Below the pieces are notes generated by a model. The model made no database searches and was not told where the DNA came from. It saw only the letters and a list, made by a program, of their open reading frames with translations. A stretch of DNA of 39,719 nt from an uncultured Verrucomicrobiae bacterium (lineage in GTDB: Bacteria > Verrucomicrobiota > Verrucomicrobiia > Limisphaerales > JAFGQR01), in assembly GCA_963788655.1 (NCBI GenBank), contig CAWBHS010000103.1:1-39719 (forward strand), in the 5' to 3' direction. A program made the position numbers and the translations under genes. Below, in pieces: positions 9,651 to 20,723 of the stretch. Within the stretch, counting starts at the first letter, position 1. Every line of letters starts with the position of its first letter.

Positions 9651-10385
9651 TCAAGCTTCATTCTTGTGGGAACGCCAGAGGTCCAATCTAACCGATTCAT
9701 CGGAGATATAAACCGAGTCGTTTTCCTTGTGAGAGATTACGATTACCGTATGGCTCCATGAAGGGAAAAAACTTGCCAGGGCGGAGCCAAATTCACCAAT
9801 CTTAGGAAAGAAAAAAGCGCTGCCGATGGCTTGCTCTACAACAAAGGCATGGTTCTGCAAAGCGATTTTGATGGTGCGCAGGGTGAAGTCGCGGAAATGC
9901 ACGGCACGATACCTGGCCGCATACATCGGGGGCAGATCACAAAACAACATCATCGCCAGCGACAAAACCGTGCGGATATTGGGAAACGTCAGGATGAAGA
10001 GCCCGCCTGGTTTCAAAACCCGGTTTATTTCGGAAAGCATCCAATCCGTGTCCACATGATGCTCGATGACTTCACCGCAAAAAACCACGTCGAACATCTT
10101 GTCAGCGTAAGGCAACGGGTTGGTTTCCAAGTCGAGTGGTCTGGCAATGAGCCCAGCCTGAATGGCCATTGCCACCATGGCTTCCGAAATGTCCACCCCA
10201 TGGATTTCATGAGTTTTGGTCAACGGACCAAGATTCATCCCATTGGCGCATCCAACATCGAGCACCAATTGCTTGCTGGTGAACCGTTGAAAAAGTCGGC
10301 GGACTTTTTCGGCCCGGGGACCTTCGCTATCGTAGATGTCCGCCGTTCGCTCGGCGGCCATGTGTTGCAATTTCGACGGATTCAT
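9651..10385 (-). CDS. Class I SAM-dependent methyltransferase (Methyltransf_11-like)
   Basis: Motifs VLDVGCANG, IHGVDIS, LPYADKMFDVVFCGEVIEH and EINRVLKPGGLFILTFPN. The likely start is ATG 10385 (MNPSKLQH); the ORF track extends to 10478. Confidence 0.9.
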   Translation of the reverse strand: MNPSKLQHMAAERTADIYDSEGPRAEKVRRLFQRFTSKQLVLDVGCANGMNLGPLTKTHEIHGVDISEAMVAMAIQAGLIARPLDLETNPLPYADKMFDVVFCGEVIEHHVDTDWMLSEINRVLKPGGLFILTFPNIRTVLSLAMMLFCDLPPMYAARYRAVHFRDFTLRTIKIALQNHAFVVEQAIGSAFFFPKIGEFGSALASFFPSWSHTVIVISHKENDSVYISDESVRLDLWRSHKNEA

Positions 10386-10683
10386 GCTGGAACTGGCTGC
10401 GCTTATTAGTTTGTGTCGAATTAAATGCTCTGGAAATGCACCCGCGCAGCCATCGTTGCCCGCAGAAATGCCATCCACTCAAATCAAGTCGGGCCACTCT
10501 AAGAAGCAAGGTTTCCGTCGTCAAGATTTCGTGCTTTCCAAAGCTCAGGCCTCCACACCTTCGGCCGGTGGCAGTTGTGGCCCACTGGCTAGATATGCGT
10601 TGGCTTCTCGCTGGCTTTTCCTTATGTTCCCGATCCGCAATGAACACGCTACAAAGAACCAACTGCATCACGGAAGGTCGCGC

Positions 10684-13294
10684 ATGACTACAAACAAGAA
10701 AGCTATTGACGCTTACCGCCGATCGACCTGGCAACCGTTTATTGTATTCGGCGGCTGCCTGCTGGTTTTCCTATGTTTGGTGTTCTATCGAAGTTTTCTG
10801 CCAGGTAGAGCACTTTTTTCCAACGACAAGCCTTTGGGGGTCGTTAAGCCTATGGCAGAGCACCTGATCACACGATTTGTCGGGCGTTGGCAGGATCTGA
10901 ACTGGGTTGGTGGTCCGGCTGGAGCCGCGTATTTCGAGTGACGTACCTCTTGTTGCTGCTTGTCGGCGCGGTCGGCTACTCCAAGTTTTACGCTCCGTTT
11001 GCGCTGCTGCTCCTGGGGGCTTGGGGGCCTGGTTCTTTTTTCGCCAATTCAAACTGGCGCCCGTGGCGTGCGTGCTGGGTGGGCTGGCGGCGGTGCTGAA
11101 TTCCGACTTCTTTTCCGTAGCGTGCTGGGGCGTGGCCGGACAATGCATCACTTTCGGCATGAGCTACGTCGCGGCAGGTTTGCTCCTGGAGGACACCTCC
11201 CGCCATCGCTGGTTCATGGTGGTGCTGGCCGGTATGGCGGTGGGCATGGGGCTGATGGAGGGCGCCGATATCGGGGCCATTTTCAGTCTGTGCGTGGCGG
11301 CGTTTGTGATGTATCAGGCCGTCATCCGGCCGGAGAACGTTGGCCAACGAATTTTTAAGGGCGTCCTGCGCACCGCCGTGGTGGCGGTGTTTGCAGGGCT
11401 GATTGCGGCGCAGTTTATCGTCGTGATGTTCAAAACGCAGATCCAGGGCGTAGCCGGTGCTCAGCCGGAAACGCAGACCCAGGAACAACATTGGGATTGG
11501 GCGACCCAATGGAGCCTGCCCAAGGCCGAAACGTTCAGCCTCCTGGTGCCGGGCTTGTTCGGGTATCGCATGGACACCCCGGATGGGGGCCAGTATTGGG
11601 GGACGATTGGGCGGATGCCTGGATGGCGGCCGGAGTTCGGCCCCAATAACGCGCGACAGTCTGGCGGGGGCATCTACGCGGGAATCCTGGTATTGTTGGT
11701 CGCGTTTTGGGCGCTGTTCCAGTCATTTCGCAACCAGGGTTCGCCCTTCACTTGGCATGACCGTCGTTGGATCTGGTTTTGGAGCGGCCTGGCGTTGATC
11801 TCGCTGTTGCTGGCTTACGGCCGCCACGCGCCGTTTTACCGATTCATCTATGCGTTGCCCTATTTTTCCAATATCCGAAATCCGGCCAAGTTCATCCATT
11901 GTTTCAATTGGGCGGTGGTGGTGCTGTTCGCGTACGGCGTCCACGGCCTGATGAAAAGCTACGTGGGCGAATCGTTGAAGAACGCCCGGAAATGGTTCAC
12001 CGGCTTCGAGAAAAAATGGACGCTGGGCATGCTGGGATTCGTCGGCCTTTGCCTTGTGGGCGCCGTCTTCTACGCCAGCCGGGGCCGGGCGCTGGAGAAC
12101 TACCTGACCCAAAATGCCTTCAATCTTACGGAAGCCCGCGAAATCGTCACCTTTAGCAACGAACAGGTGCAGGTGTTCATTCTCTTCCTCGTCATCGCCG
12201 TCGTGGCGCTGATCTTACTGCAACGCCGCACGTTCGTTGGCCAGCGCGCCCGGTGGGCGGGGATCGTGCTGGGCATCGTCCTGGTCGTGGACATGGTCCG
12301 GGCCAACGAACCATGGATCCAGTATTACGATTACCGGGACCGCTACGCCAGCAATCCCGTGGTGAACTTCCTACGCCAGCAACCTTACGAACACCGGGTG
12401 GCCATCCTGCCCTTTCGGGTGAACCAAGCCATGGGAGTTCTGCAACAAATCTATTACAGCGATTGGCTGCAGCACTCGTTGCCGTACTACGGCATCCAAT
12501 CCATCGACATCATCCAGGAATCGCGAACGTTGGTGGAAAACCAACAGTATCGAGCGCTGTGGACCGACACCAACGTGATCAGCCAGTGGCTTCCCGGCAA
12601 TCCCATCGTGCGCCAATGGCAACTGGCCAACGTGGAATATTTACTCGGGGTAGCCGGCGTCGCTGATCTGTTGAACCGCCAGCTTGATCCGAAACAACAG
12701 CGGTTCCGCGAGGTGTTCGATTTTGAATTACCCAATCTAAACCAGCAGGATTTTGCCACGGTGCGCACCAACACCACCGGGCCCTTTGCAATGATCGAGT
12801 TCGCCGGGGCCCTGCCCCGCGCCAGGCTGTATGCCCAATGGCAATCCAGCACGAATGATCAGGCGACTTTGCAGCAACTGGCCGATCCGCAATTCGATCC
12901 CACCCAAACCGTGCTGGTCGCCGAGGAAATCGCGGGGCCGCCGCCCGGACAATCAGCCACCAACCGGACGCTGAAGCCGGTGGAATTCGTGGCCAACGAA
13001 TATGCGCCCAAACAAGTCGTGCTGCGCACGGACGCTGACGTGCCCACGGTGCTGCTGCTGACCGATAAATACGATCCGGACTGGAAAGTCACCGTCGATG
13101 GCCAGGCCGGGCGAGTTCTACGCTGCAATTTCCTGATGCGCGGCGTCGCCCTGCCCGCGGGCAAACATGAAGTGCGCTTTAATTACGCGCCGTCTGCCGC
13201 CGCCTTCTACGTCAGCCTGCTGGCCGAGGCGCTGGCGTTGGGGTTGGGCGGATTCCTCGCGTGGTCCTCCATCCGCCGCATACCACCTCCGTAG
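10684..13294 (+). CDS. YfhO-like polytopic membrane protein (putative GT-C glycosyltransferase); two frameshifts near 10935-11030
   Basis: The N-terminus MTTNKKAID...FYRSFLPGRALFSNDKPLG...WQDLNWVG joins VTYLLLLLVGAVGYSKFYAPFALLLLG and then GLGAWFFFRQF. Many TM helices. YfhO-type motifs: WSLPKAETFSLLVPGLFG, YAGILV, LPYFSNIRNPAKF, ALPRA and LLLTDKYDPDWKVTVDG...NFLMRGVALPAGKHEVRFNYAP plus a final TM helix. Confidence 0.8.
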
Positions 13295-13837
13295 GACCGC
13301 GCGTCCCGCCGGTCCCGAACGACCAAGGGACGCCCATCATTCCAGCAATTCTCATTATGGCTTTGCCATTTCCCGGGATGAGGGAACCCGGCCTACATCG
13401 TCGCAAAACGGCCTTCTTGTGAGCCGGGAGACCTTACCCAACGTCCCAATCTGGTCCATAATTAGAATTGCTAGCTGAGCCAACGTAACTTGACGCAGTA
13501 AACATCACAATTTGGTTTCTTCCGGAAAGTTCAGGGGAAAAATCATTGGGGAATTATGCATCGTTGGACTCAGCCGACTTGGCCCTGATCGAGTCGAGTC
13601 CGTAACGTTTGCCAACCAGTCGGAGACTCGAAGCCCGTCGCCGCTGCTTGCTGGCCTGCCCGAATAAACGACGCGACAACGTCTGTTGAACAACGAAGCA
13701 AAAGTGTCGCCCAAAGGCTCCGATAGACGCCAAAAACACACACAAAGCTTGACTCAATTCGGACACTCTTTTATGAATTCAACCCAAACGTTGCTCTACT
13801 CCGAGAAACTGTCCGGATTGGTCCGAAATGTGCAACT

Positions 13838-14130
13838 ATGAACAAACACGAAAATAACGAACCAGAGCCTTTTTCTGTATGGAAGGAATTCGGGATGGCT
13901 GCCGTGTCATTCATATTGATAATAACGGGATTGGGGGGGGCACTCTATATCATTGGGCAACACCTCGAAATCGGCTACACTGGCAACGGCGGGTCAGAAT
14001 CATGGATTCAGAGCGCAAATCAACGAATCCGCCAGTGGATCAATTACTGCATCTCCCCGATGTTTGTTTTGGGTGGAATTTGGTTCCTAAAGAGACGCCT
14101 TACGGCCTCGCCGCATAATATACAAACTTT
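13838..14130 (+). CDS. Small hypothetical membrane protein; 3' end uncertain
   Basis: ATG 13838 with two hydrophobic segments (FGMAAVSFILIITGLGGALYIIG and WINYCISPMFVLGGIWFL) in a lower-GC patch. The ORF track runs to 14278, but its 3' part overlaps the FkbM-like frames. Confidence 0.4.
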
Positions 14131-14837
14131 GGTTGCATTGCGTGTGGACGCTGGAAGGTTTGCCATACCTGTTTCGCAAGCTGCCGCCTTCTTTTGGGTT
14201 GTATGTGTGGCTATCGGCCCCAACGGCGTGTCGCCTGATAGAGGCATGGCAGAAGCATTTTATCAAACCACCAGCTAATTGGTGGATGTTGGGGCGAGCA
14301 ATAACGAATTGGCAGTATGGCTGAAAAAAGGCATGGCCCGCGTTAGATGTTGTGTCAGTAGAGCCCGATCCGGATTGCCCGTCCAATTGGAAGGCTATTC
14401 CAAGCGATTTAATGATTCAGCGGAACTGGCAATCTAGAACGCCGCTGGACTGGGGTCGCATATTGTCGATCACGACACCGGGCTCGCGGTTAAAATAATC
14501 AAATCGGTTCGACTCCCTTCCGATACGAACGTAAAGGAGGGGGACGATTGCAAAAATTGACGCTGAAACACACACCCTGAAAGCCCTGCGTGGATTCGGA
14601 GAACGCATAGCTTTGTTTGACATGGTGGTATTAGAGTTATGGAATAATCAACAGGTGGAAATCTGGAAATGGATACTTGCACACGGCTTTAATCAGGCCG
14701 AGGTAATAGCCTCCACCTGCGTCTCATCGCAGTGGGCGATTTATGATGTTGCGTTTATTAATGGAGCAAGCGGCCTCATGGGGCGCAAAAACGATCGGCG
14801 AGTGCCCGGATGCAATGCGCCAAACGAAGCGAAATAG
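14130..14837 (+). pseudogene. FkbM-family methyltransferase, frameshifted (pseudogene or sequencing errors); start uncertain
   Basis: Reading across frames from 14282 gives VDVGASNNELAVWLK/KAWPALDVVSVEPDP (motif I plus EP). Later comes IAKIDAETHTLKALRGFGERIALFDMVVLELW, matching the FkbM KID.E...L.G...lE pattern. Stop at 14837. Confidence 0.65.
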
Positions 14838-14985
14838 AGGCGATTCGCAAAATGAATAACCAAACCAAACCAAGCTCCGTGTAAAAAATGTGTATTAGCT
14901 TCGTTCTTCTTCGCCGCTTTCACCATAGCTGGACTGTGGTTAGTTGGCAATACGCTGTGGCACATGCTGGGACGTTAAGCTGCCA

Positions 14986-16323
14986 ATGAAAAGCTACGTG
15001 GGCGAATCGTTGAAGAACGCACGGAAATGGTTCACCGGCTTCGAGAAAAAATGGACGCTGGGCATGCTGGGGATTCGTCGGCCTTTGCCTTGTGGGCGCC
15101 GTCTTCTACGCCAACCGGGGCCGGGCGCTGGAAAACTACCTAACCCAAAATGCCTTCAATCTTACGGAAGCTCGCGAAATCGTCACCTTCAGCAACGAGC
15201 AGGTGCAGGTGTTCATTCTCTTCCTCCTCATTGCCGTCGTGGCGCTGATACTTCTGCAACGCCGCACGTTCGTTGGCCAGCGCGGCCGGTGGGCGGGGAT
15301 CGTGCTGGGCATCGTCCTGGTCGTGGACATGGTCCGGGCCAACGAACCGTGGATTCAGTATTACGATTACCGGGACCGCTACGCCTGCAATCCCGTGGTG
15401 AATTTCCTACGGCAACAACCCTATGACACCGGGTGGCCATCCTGCCTTTCGGGTGAACCAGGCCATGGGAGTGCTGCAACAAATCTATGACAGCGATTGG
15501 CTGAAGCACTCGTTGCCGTAGATGGAATCCAATCCATCGACATCATCCAGGAATCGCGCACGTTGGTGGAAAACCAACAGTATCGATCGCTATGGACCGG
15601 CACCAATGTGATCAGCTAGTGGCTTCCCGGCAATCCCATCGTGCGCCAATGGCAACTGGCCAACGTGGAATATTTACTTGGGGTAGCCGGCGTCGCTGAT
15701 CTGTTGAACGGCCAGCTTGATCCGAAACAACAGCGGTTCCGCGAGGTGTTCGATTTTGAATTACCAATCGAAACCAGTGAGGATTTTGCCATGGTGTAAA
15801 CCAAGACGAAGGGTCCTGCAATGATGGGTTTCGGCGAGACCCTGCCCCGCGCCGGCCTGTATGCCCAGGGCAATCCAGAACGAATGATCAGGCGCTGGCA
15901 GCAACTGGCCGATCCGCAAGTCGATACCACGCAAACCGTGCTGGTCTCCGAGGATATCGCGGGGCCGCCGCCCGACAATCAGCCACCAACCGCGACGCTG
16001 AGGCCGAAGGAATTCGAGGCCAACGAATATGCGCCCAAACAAGTCGTGCTGCGCACGGACGCGAACGTGACCAGCGAGCTGCTGCAAACCGATAAATGCG
16101 ATCCGGACTGTAAAGTCACCGTCAATGACCAGGGGGCGAGTTCGGGGCAGGAATTTCCTGATGCGCGGCGTGGCCCTGCCGGCGGGTAAAGATGAATGTG
16201 CACTTTAACAACGCGACATTTGCAGAGACGCCTTCTACATCAGCCTGCTGGCCGAAGCGCAGGAATTGGAGTTGGGGCGGATTCCACGCTTGGTCCAACA
16301 TCCGCCGCTTACCACCCATCTGA
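14986..16323 (+). pseudogene. Degenerate direct duplicate of the 3' half (11951-13294) of the YfhO-like gene
   Basis: ATGAAAAGCTACGTGGGCGAATCGTTGAAGAACGC occurs at both 11951 and 14986. The copies are colinear to the end of the gene (ATCCGCCGC.TACCACC). The second copy has indels, internal stops and divergence that rises towards its 3' end. Confidence 0.9.
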
Positions 16324-16366
16324 AGTCGGGAATTCTACGCCGTCATAGGCGCAAGCGGATGACGAC

Positions 16367-16801
16367 TCAAACTGACGCTCTGACGTGCGGGGCGTCGGAT
16401 ACCAGGGAAGTCTCGGCTTCGGTCAGGGGCAACTGATCGATTTTAGCGGCGAGCAAGGCCGCAGCGGCATACACGGCGGGCAGATAGTCGGTCGCGTGAG
16501 CGTAATGTTCGCGAGTCATTGATGATCCCACCAGGCTCCAAAACACCTCGTTGTGCAGGAGGTTTTCCACGAAGGCCTCCTGACAAAGGCTGTGCAGGAA
16601 CTCGGGCAGGCCGCGCTGCTCCCGGGCATAGAGGTCGAGCACCCGTTTCCACAGCGCCAAGTGTTGTGGCTTGCCAAGGGGAAGCACTTTTTCGAGGTTG
16701 GCCGCGACAGCATACATGAAAGGTTCTTGATGAGCCCATGCGGTGCAGGTTGGACGCATTACCTCGTCTGTGGCCTGCTGCTCTGATTCAATCATAAGCA
16801 A
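16367..16801 (-). CDS. Hypothetical helical protein
   Basis: 144-aa ORF with protein-like composition that fills an otherwise empty gap. No motif recognised; start uncertain. Confidence 0.45.
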   Translation of the reverse strand: MLMIESEQQATDEVMRPTCTAWAHQEPFMYAVAANLEKVLPLGKPQHLALWKRVLDLYAREQRGLPEFLHSLCQEAFVENLLHNEVFWSLVGSSMTREHYAHATDYLPAVYAAAALLAAKIDQLPLTEAETSLVSDAPHVRASV

Positions 16802-17041
16802 ATAAAGTTAGATGCTTGCTTTAGCCAAGTTAAACCACGTTGACCCCTGCATATTGGGGTTCGATCTTCATGCCATACAACAACTGGATACCCGACCGAC
16901 CATCTCTGGTCAAGCGATTCGGTTCCGCCAGTGCTGGTACCGGTGAACGCAGCATTGTTGGAACCAGTCGCAACGCAACGGGAAAATCGCTCATGCTCCC
17001 CGTACGGGGCTGAAGCGCCAAGCCGTATCCATGCAGAAAAG

Positions 17042-17194
17042 AACCACGAATGAACGAATCGACACGTATAGCTGGAAAAACAGAGCTTTTGGTACATTAC
17101 GGTGAGAGTCACCGTTTGGTGACCATTCATTTTCATTCGGCGCGCGATCAAAGCTGCGGTCTGCATTCGTGTTGATTCGTGTCCATTCGTGGTT
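17042..17194. repeat. Inverted pair of CACGAAT-type short-repeat elements
   Basis: AACCACGAATGAACGAATCGACACGTAT (from 17042) is an imperfect reverse complement of ATTCGTGTTGATTCGTGTCCATTCGTGGTT (17165-17194), which has 10-bp periodicity. Confidence 0.65.
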
Positions 17195-17336
17195 GAATCG
17201 AATTGACACGGATTAAAAAGTCACAGCCGAAGTCCCGAACCTCCGGGAACCGCAAACACTGTTTGACGCCGCCGGCAAAGGTGGATAAGAGTCCCTCCCG
17301 ACACAATGATTGATGCCGTCCAATTCAGCCTGGCTC

Positions 17337-17963
17337 ATGAGTATCTCCGTCTCCATCGTTGAAGACAGCAATCAGGTGCGCAACACCCTGGCGCGATTGA
17401 TCGCTCGGGCCGAAGGATTTCGGTGTGCCAACCAATATGCGAATGCGGAAGATGCCCTGGTGGCCTTGCCCAAGGAACGGCCGGACGTGGTGTTGATGGA
17501 CATCAATCTGCCGGGCATGAACGGCGTGGAATGCGTCCGGCAATTAAAACAAGTCGCGCCGGAGATTCAAATCGTGATGCTCACCGTGTATGAAGATACC
17601 GAGAGTATTTTCAGTGCCTTGGCGGCGGGAGCTTCCGGTTACCTGCTCAAGCGCACCCCGCGGGCCGAGTTGCTCGCCGCCATCCGGGAGGTCTGTCAAG
17701 GCGGTTCCCCGATGACCACCCACATCGCGCGCAAAGTGGTCCAGTCCTTTCAACAAGCCGGTGCGTCACCGCAACCCACCGAGAACTTGTCGCCCCGGGA
17801 ACAAGAGGTGCTCGATCTGCTCAGCCAGGGATTTCTCTACAAGGAGATTGCCGACAAACTCGGCATCAGCTACGAAACCGTCCACACTTACATCCGCCGG
17901 ATTTACGAGAAACTCCAGGTGCGCACCCGGACGGAAGCGGTGGCCAAGTTCCTGCGACGCTGA
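17337..17963 (+). CDS. NarL/LuxR-family response regulator (REC + HTH)
   Basis: IVED, PDVVLMDINLPGMNG, VMLT, GASGYLLK and LSPREQEVLDLLSQGFLYKEIADKLGISYETVHTYIRRIYEKLQV. Likely start ATG 17337. Confidence 0.95.
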   Translation: MSISVSIVEDSNQVRNTLARLIARAEGFRCANQYANAEDALVALPKERPDVVLMDINLPGMNGVECVRQLKQVAPEIQIVMLTVYEDTESIFSALAAGASGYLLKRTPRAELLAAIREVCQGGSPMTTHIARKVVQSFQQAGASPQPTENLSPREQEVLDLLSQGFLYKEIADKLGISYETVHTYIRRIYEKLQVRTRTEAVAKFLRR

Positions 17964-18133
17964 CGGGGCACGCATTGCCGCTCGGCGCCTCAATGATCCC
18001 AATGCTTGGTGGTAATTTCGCGGTCTATAGGAGGTCTGTAATCCCTCACCAGTCGAAGCGACTGAACCTTGTTCGGCCTCCGTTCGTCGTCGGCTGCCGC
18101 CGGTGAGGAAAGCCTGAAATATCCAGGGCCGAA

Positions 18134-18937
18134 TCAAGGAGCGGGGCAGAACCGTCGCAGATACTTGAGCGCCACGTTCAGGTCGTTGGGCCAGAGAGCG
18201 GTAATCTTGATATCGACGCCGGTCACCGGGTGCGGAAAGGCCAGTTGCTCGGCGTGCAAGGCTGGCCGGGACAGCAACGGCTTTTCAATCCGACCCGGTT
18301 TGAGCCGATACCCCGGTTTGAGTTTCGAAAGCAGCAGTGGTCGCCCGCCATAGGACGAATCACCGGTCAACGGCAGCCGGGCGACCTGGAGATGAATCCG
18401 GATCTGGTGAGTGCGGTCGGTCAGGGGCTGGCACTGCAGCAGCGTATAGCCGGCCAGCGGCTCCCGCACTTCGAAACGCGTGATCGAACGTTTGCCGCCC
18501 CGAGAATTCACCCGCATAACCCCATGCCGCATGGGATGGGGGGCCAGTTTGGCATCAATCTCGAACCGGGTGTGGGCCGGCGCTCCTTGTACCAGGGCCA
18601 CGAACGTTTTCAGCGGTTTTTCCGCATTGAACAAATTCGCCAGGGCCACCAGCACCGCTTTACGTTTGGCGAGCAGGAACACCCCGCTGGTTTCGCCGTC
18701 CAGCCGGTGGGAATTCAGGAGATAGCTTAACTGCCGGCCGGTCGCCCAGGCTGCCCCGCGCTCGATATCCCCGTGCAACAGTTGGATCAGGCTTGGACGC
18801 TCCGGAGCAAAACGGTCGGGGACAGTCAGCAAGCCGGCCGGTTTATTCAGCGCCAGCAAGTCATCGTCCTCGTACAAGACGGGGAGTTCCCAAAACTCGT
18901 GCGTGGCGCGGGAAGATAGTTTAATGACATCCGTCAC
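18134..18937 (-). CDS. RluA-family RNA pseudouridine synthase
   Basis: VLYEDDDLLALNKPAGL, catalytic HRLDGETSGV, TDRTHQIRIHL, GDSSYG and LHAEQLAFPHPVTG. Likely start GTG 18937. Confidence 0.92.
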   Translation of the reverse strand: MTDVIKLSSRATHEFWELPVLYEDDDLLALNKPAGLLTVPDRFAPERPSLIQLLHGDIERGAAWATGRQLSYLLNSHRLDGETSGVFLLAKRKAVLVALANLFNAEKPLKTFVALVQGAPAHTRFEIDAKLAPHPMRHGVMRVNSRGGKRSITRFEVREPLAGYTLLQCQPLTDRTHQIRIHLQVARLPLTGDSSYGGRPLLLSKLKPGYRLKPGRIEKPLLSRPALHAEQLAFPHPVTGVDIKITALWPNDLNVALKYLRRFCPAP

Positions 18938-19010
18938 GTCAAACGTGTCAACGTCTCGCCCATCCGCCGCTCGCCATTTCACCAAGGCGACGGCAGAAGC
19001 ACCCGAGCCA

Positions 19011-20723
19011 CTAGCGTTTGCCCGGCCCTTTGCCGGGAGTAGCTCCCCGAGCCGGCGCGGTAACCGCTTCGCGTTGGGGAATGACCAACTGGGCCAACTC
19101 GACTTGTTTGCGCAGCCAACCATTGAAGATGTCGCTAAACCGGGCATTGCGCATGGTGGCCATGAAGTCCGGCAAGGCCTCTTTGACCTGCGATTCCGGC
19201 ACCGGCAACCGGTCCTCGAGATAGACAATGATGCCTCCATCCTGAGTCCGGGCAAACGGGCTGGCTTCGCCCTTTTTCAAGTCCAGGGCATGTTGCTGGA
19301 GCAAACGCAGGTTCAGCCGCTCATCCAGATTGGTTAGCGACCGCGTGCTGGCGGAAAATGGCGGGGGACTCAGGGTGGTGACTTTTCGCTCCGCGCACAG
19401 CGCCTTGAAGGATTTCTCTTGCGCCAGACCATTGGTCAAAAACTGGTAGAAACTCCGTCCCGCCATCAGCGCCATTTGCATCGATTGATCGCGCCGGTAA
19501 TCCGCGGTCACCTTCTCCTTTACCTGCTCAAACACCGGCGGTTGGCTGGGCAAATTGGTTTTCAGCGCCAGGACGTACACCGCCTTATCCCCGACGATGG
19601 GCATAAAATGAACCGGATTGGAGCGGGTCAACTTCAACGCGGCGCTCCGGAACTCCTGGGGGAACTTGTCTTCGTCCAAGCCCTCGGAATAACTGAAGGG
19701 CGGCGTTGTATGCACTGCCAGCTTCTCTTTGGCTGCGACCTCGATCAAATTGGTGGCCTCGTTGGGATCGGGCAGGTCATAGAGGACCGTCCCAAACGCG
19801 CTGGCTTTCTTCCGCCCTTCGACCAGGGCGAATTGCTCGCGGATATCCTCCTTGATCTTGGCCTTGGCCTGCTCCGCGGATAAGACGACTCCGTTGGTGT
19901 CCGTGAACGTGTTGGTGCCCTGTTTGTAGTATTCGTCTTCGATGGCCGCGTTGAGATTCGTGCGCTCCGCCATCAACGTGTCAGCCTGCGCCAGATAATT
20001 GGAGGCGGGAAACTCCACGTAATTGACCACCACGCGCGGTGGGGTTCGATAGAAAGCTTCGCGATTGGTGAAGTAGGCGTGGATCTGTTCCGGCGTGACC
20101 TTCACCTGGTCCAGGAAGTTGGTGGCCCAAAAGGCCGCCACCTCGGTTTTGACTTCCTGATTGTCCTGGCGGTAGAGCACTTCGGCTTCGGGGGCACTGA
20201 TCAACAGCGCCGGCGTGGTAACCACCGAGGCCAATTGCTGAATCACGGTTTCGTCGTGGGCAAACCGTTCAAAATCCGCCGACGACAATCCGGCCGGTTT
20301 CAGCACTTGTTCGACAAATTTGGGATACGGATAATCGCCCAGGCGGCGGAGCGTCATGTGGGCGACGGCTTCGGGACTGACGTGAATGTCCAGGTCTTTG
20401 GCGCGTTTGATCAACAGCAGGCGGTACAAGGTGTCCGCCTCGAGGCGGCGTTTGGCGTTCTCGTCCGTCTCCGGCCATTTGCCGGAACGGATGAAATAGA
20501 ACAGCGTGGTTTCCTTGTAAGTCTTTTCAAACTCATCGTGGGAAATCTGCTTGCCAAACATCGTCACCGGCCGGCCGCTGGCGGGGCTGACGTACGTGCC
20601 GGTCCCGCCCTGTGCCGGCCCCAAACCCGTATTGGGAGAAAAGAAGACGACAAAGCTGACGACGGTGCCGGCGATAATAATGCCCCACAACCAAGTCTTG
20701 TGTTTCCGAATCGTGCCAAACAT
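19011..20723 (-). CDS. SurA N-terminal-domain / PpiD-like membrane-anchored periplasmic chaperone
   Basis: MFGTIRKHKTWLWGIIIAGTVVSFVVFF is a PpiD-like anchor. Also LLIKRAKDLDIHVSPEAV, VTPEQIHAYF...FYRTPPRVVVNYV and PVFEQVKEKVTADY. Confidence 0.8.
   Translation of the reverse strand: MFGTIRKHKTWLWGIIIAGTVVSFVVFFSPNTGLGPAQGGTGTYVSPASGRPVTMFGKQISHDEFEKTYKETTLFYFIRSGKWPETDENAKRRLEADTLYRLLLIKRAKDLDIHVSPEAVAHMTLRRLGDYPYPKFVEQVLKPAGLSSADFERFAHDETVIQQLASVVTTPALLISAPEAEVLYRQDNQEVKTEVAAFWATNFLDQVKVTPEQIHAYFTNREAFYRTPPRVVVNYVEFPASNYLAQADTLMAERTNLNAAIEDEYYKQGTNTFTDTNGVVLSAEQAKAKIKEDIREQFALVEGRKKASAFGTVLYDLPDPNEATNLIEVAAKEKLAVHTTPPFSYSEGLDEDKFPQEFRSAALKLTRSNPVHFMPIVGDKAVYVLALKTNLPSQPPVFEQVKEKVTADYRRDQSMQMALMAGRSFYQFLTNGLAQEKSFKALCAERKVTTLSPPPFSASTRSLTNLDERLNLRLLQQHALDLKKGEASPFARTQDGGIIVYLEDRLPVPESQVKEALPDFMATMRNARFSDIFNGWLRKQVELAQLVIPQREAVTAPARGATPGKGPGKR

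Noticed and set aside
13749..13778. Possible sigma70 promoter TTGACT-N17-TATGAA upstream of 13838
   Set aside because: The -10 match is weak and cannot be supported from sequence alone.
11951..16323. Diversity-generating retroelement as a feature call
   Set aside because: No reverse transcriptase or Avd gene, a repeat far longer than a typical template, many indels and non-adenine changes, and a target that is not a CLec/Ig-type variable protein. Kept only as an observation in findings.
18938..19255. N-terminal extension of the RluA ORF
   Set aside because: It overlaps the 3' end of the SurA/PpiD-like gene in another frame; family similarity begins only near 18937.
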